From an uncultured Methanosarcinales archaeon (GTDB lineage Archaea; Nanobdellota; Nanobdellia; Woesearchaeales; CAZYIM01): DNA of 10,078 nt. Under the pieces are notes generated by a model that was not told the origin of the DNA, ran no database searches, and saw nothing but the letters and a program-made list of their open reading frames with translations. The stretch is from NCBI GenBank assembly GCA_964647565.1, contig CAZYIM010000059.1, positions 1 to 10,078 on the forward strand, read 5' to 3'. Both the position numbers and the translations under genes were made by a program. Positions 7,518-10,078 of this stretch are shown piece by piece. Each line of letters starts with the position of its first letter. The first letter of the stretch is position 1.

Positions 7518-8210
7518 ATGGGATTAGAAAACTATATAGCCCAAGAAAATAAAGCCAACGCAAATCGAAAACCCAATGATGGCCCAAAAGTAGGATATCG
7601 AAAGAACCTTGAAAGAGCCCTGATTGTCTCCTTGAGTAGCACGATTCTTCTGTTTGCAGGCTTCAAGAGAGCTCCGAGAGATTATAATCTCAAGGTCTTA
7701 TCCTTGGACACCATCCAACTCGAGGAAATCCCTCAAACCTATCAGATGCGAAAACAGAGAGCGCCAGAAAGACCCTCGGTACCGATTGAAGCAGATGAAG
7801 ATGAAAAACTTCCAGATGATACAACCATAGAAACTACTGAACTGAATTTGGATTATATACCACCACCTCCGCCCCCTCCGCCAGAAAGTGGAAATAAGTA
7901 TGCTGTACCAACATTCATTGCACATGACGAACCTCCACAGCCTATAGGGGGATATGATGCCATAAAAAAATACATCGTCTATCCTGAAATTGCTAGAAAA
8001 GCAGGTATTGAAGGAAGAGTATACATTCAAGCTTTGGTAGATGAAAGGGGAACTGTTGAAAGAACAGTAGTTACAAAATCTCTGGGACCGAACGGTTGTG
8101 ATCAAGCAGCTATTGACGCCATAATGAAAGTTAAGTGGGAACCTGCTTATCAAAGGGACAAAGCTGTGAAAGTTTGGGTAATGATTCCTATAGATTTTAG
8201 ATTGAAATAG
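7518..8210 (+). CDS. tonB: TonB-family energy-transducer-like protein (TM anchor, acidic/Pro-rich linker, TonB C-terminal domain), 230 aa
   Basis: One hydrophobic helix (aa 34-49), an acidic linker and a Pro8 run, then TonB_C 'PQPIGG...IVYPEIARKAGIEGRVYIQALVDERG...CDQAAIDAI...WEPAYQRDKAVKVWVMIPIDFRL'. Confidence 0.92.
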   Translation: MGLENYIAQENKANANRKPNDGPKVGYRKNLERALIVSLSSTILLFAGFKRAPRDYNLKVLSLDTIQLEEIPQTYQMRKQRAPERPSVPIEADEDEKLPDDTTIETTELNLDYIPPPPPPPPESGNKYAVPTFIAHDEPPQPIGGYDAIKKYIVYPEIARKAGIEGRVYIQALVDERGTVERTVVTKSLGPNGCDQAAIDAIMKVKWEPAYQRDKAVKVWVMIPIDFRLK

Positions 8211-8224
8211 TAACTCAGCCAATT

Positions 8225-8845
8225 ATGGTGCTAGGTAAAAACAGTGATTCACTATATTTGAAAAGGTTAAAGACAGGAATAATAATATCCTTATCTCTAA
8301 CCATCCTACTCCTACAGATTTGGAAAAGAATTCCCCGTAAATCTTACAAAGAGTTTCGTCATTCTCTTGAGACTTTAGTTGTCTATGATGTGCCTCAGAC
8401 AATGCAGGGCAGACCTGGTTCTATTCTCAGACGTCCTGAGATGCCACAAATACCTATTCCAAGCGAAGATGAATATCTACCTGAAGATGAGACAATAGAG
8501 ACAACAGAATTTACGACAGAACTAAGAACTCCACACCTCGGAGAAGGACTAGGTGATGAAAGCAAAGGAGGATCTGGAGTATACTTAACTCGCCCAATAA
8601 AAGAAGTAATACCTGCATATCCTAAACAAGCAAAAAACGCTGAAGGCATAGTAGAACTGGATATTCTTGTCAACTATACAGGGCTTGTCGATAGTGTGAA
8701 AGTTTGCAGAAACACAACAGGCAGCAGCATCCTTGAAAGAGAAACCATTCTTGCAGCATATAAAACCCAATATCTGCCAATGCCAAGAGAAAGGGAAAAA
8801 AAATCCAGCTGGATTCGAAGGCTTTATAGTTTTGAAAGAAAATAG
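8225..8845 (+). CDS. Second, more divergent TonB-family protein, 206 aa
   Basis: TM helix (aa 18-33), a linker motif shared with the first gene (PQIPIPSEDEYLPEDETIETTEF), and TonB_C-like 'PAYPKQAKNAEGIVELDILVNYTGLVDSVKV...LERETILAA'. It starts 14 nt after the first gene. Confidence 0.8.
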   Translation: MVLGKNSDSLYLKRLKTGIIISLSLTILLLQIWKRIPRKSYKEFRHSLETLVVYDVPQTMQGRPGSILRRPEMPQIPIPSEDEYLPEDETIETTEFTTELRTPHLGEGLGDESKGGSGVYLTRPIKEVIPAYPKQAKNAEGIVELDILVNYTGLVDSVKVCRNTTGSSILERETILAAYKTQYLPMPREREKKSSWIRRLYSFERK

Positions 8846-10078
8846 GCGTTTACCCTACTAGAAATATATTTAACATCCTTGGGTCTTAAAGCATAATAAA
8901 AAGGAAGATAGACTATACTATGCTCGAGTTTTTCAGCAACACACTCTGTATCATTACTTATGTTCAGCATATATTTGGTCTTTGTGTCTATATTATTTTG
9001 CCACATAAATTTTCTGAATTTAGAGATATTATCGACCAAAACAGGAAAAAGCATAGGGGCGTATTTCGCAAATCGCAATTTTTTTTGTAATGATAATCCG
9101 TCCAAAAGTTCTGAATAAGCATCAGCTTTGGTCAGTCTTGAATTACTACGAACTTCTAACTTGGTAAGATTGTCCACGAGTACATTAATATTTATTCTAC
9201 CAATCTGTTTGACAAACTCTCCTGGCTGGTATGTCTTCGAATCTTCTGAAAGTTTATCTAAAAGGTTCATACCAACCTGATTAAAGAAGTTCAATACATA
9301 CCAAAAGAAGAAATTGAAGATTGGCCCATTCAACAGCAGGGACTCAATGTTGTTTACCATCAACAGTTTTATTTCCTTAAAATAGTTCACCCTGCCTCTA
9401 TAAATATCCTCCTGAATCTCAATTTTAGGATTGTTGACAACAGCCAATCCGCCATAAAGACCGTGTAAAGGTTTGGTTCTATGCAGGCTAAACATAGATA
9501 CATCACCAAAGCTGCCACAAACTTTACCTTTGTATTCAGAGTCCATACAATGAGCACAATCTTCAATCAGGATCAGCTTATGCTCTTTTACTATTTTAAG
9601 AATAGACTCCATATCGCAAGGGTTACCCAACAAATGTGCTATCAATAATACTTTTGTATCTTTAGTAATTTTTTTCTTTATTTCATTAGGATCAATATTA
9701 AAGCTCCGTTTGTCCACATCAACAAATACTGGATTGAAACCTGCTTTTTTCACTACAGCAGGTATAAGACTAAAATTGAAAGCAGGCACCAAAATATCGT
9801 ACTGTTTATGAACACCATTACCAGATTCAAGATGTTTTTTAATAGCTTTAAGCATAAAGAAAAGTGAGTCTCTCCAACATCCAAAAAAATAAATCCTTGA
9901 AAATTTTAATTTCAGAATGTTTTTAATTCTCTCTGTTAGTAATTCTTTTGTCCCTTTCTTAATAACGTTCATAAGACTACTAAAAACCAATCTTTGTCTT
10001 GGAAACTTCCTAAATCTATCCTCGTAATATTCAATTATGCGCAGGGGTAACACAAAGAAAATAAGTCCTATGAGCCTT
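8824..10078 (-). CDS. DegT/DnrJ/EryC1/StrS-family PLP-dependent aminotransferase; 5' end probably outside the window
   Basis: 'ILVPAFNF', 'GFNPVFVDVD', 'AHLLGNPCDM', 'LIEDCAH' (PLP-binding Asp), 'GSFGDVSMFSLHRTKPL' (Schiff-base Lys), 'VYLPFY'. The frame has no stop between the GTG at 10053 and the window edge. Confidence 0.88.
   Translation of the reverse strand, partial: RLIGLIFFVLPLRIIEYYEDRFRKFPRQRLVFSSLMNVIKKGTKELLTERIKNILKLKFSRIYFFGCWRDSLFFMLKAIKKHLESGNGVHKQYDILVPAFNFSLIPAVVKKAGFNPVFVDVDKRSFNIDPNEIKKKITKDTKVLLIAHLLGNPCDMESILKIVKEHKLILIEDCAHCMDSEYKGKVCGSFGDVSMFSLHRTKPLHGLYGGLAVVNNPKIEIQEDIYRGRVNYFKEIKLLMVNNIESLLLNGPIFNFFFWYVLNFFNQVGMNLLDKLSEDSKTYQPGEFVKQIGRININVLVDNLTKLEVRSNSRLTKADAYSELLDGLSLQKKLRFAKYAPMLFPVLVDNISKFRKFMWQNNIDTKTKYMLNISNDTECVAEKLEHSIVYLPFYYALRPKDVKYISSRVNAYFLSKL

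Noticed and set aside
7860..7883. C-rich tract (G-quadruplex-like on the minus strand)
   Set aside because: Fully explained by eight Pro codons with varied third positions.
7698..8770. Minus-strand ORFs 7698-8222, 8395-8673 and 8585-8770
   Set aside because: Antisense to the TonB genes, with atypical composition and no domain signature.
7256..8850. Mobile element or CRISPR array explaining the tonB insertion
   Set aside because: I saw no transposase, integrase, terminal inverted repeats, target duplication or regularly spaced repeats.

Overview
AT-rich, gene-dense prokaryotic window. It most likely comes from a DPANN-type archaeon (Woesearchaeota-like). This is an inference from the archaeal-type Rqc2/NFACT protein, TATA-like boxes about 25-30 nt ahead of SD-less start codons, and GAGGTG ribosome-binding sites. 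On the minus strand, in transcription order: nrdR-nrdD-nrdG (NrdR repressor, class III anaerobic ribonucleotide reductase, radical-SAM activase) preceded by two tandem NrdR boxes; a stand-alone sugar-phosphate nucleotidyltransferase and glmS; an N-terminal-half-only Rqc2/RqcH (NFACT) gene; and the start of a PfkB/adenosine-kinase-like gene cut by the left edge. On the plus strand, two tandem TonB-family genes have no exbB/exbD or TonB-dependent receptor nearby and sit behind an archaeal-looking promoter. These are the most unexpected element. At the right, a minus-strand DegT/DnrJ/EryC1/StrS aminotransferase has a reading frame that stays open to the window edge. I saw no rRNA, tRNA, CRISPR array or mobile element.
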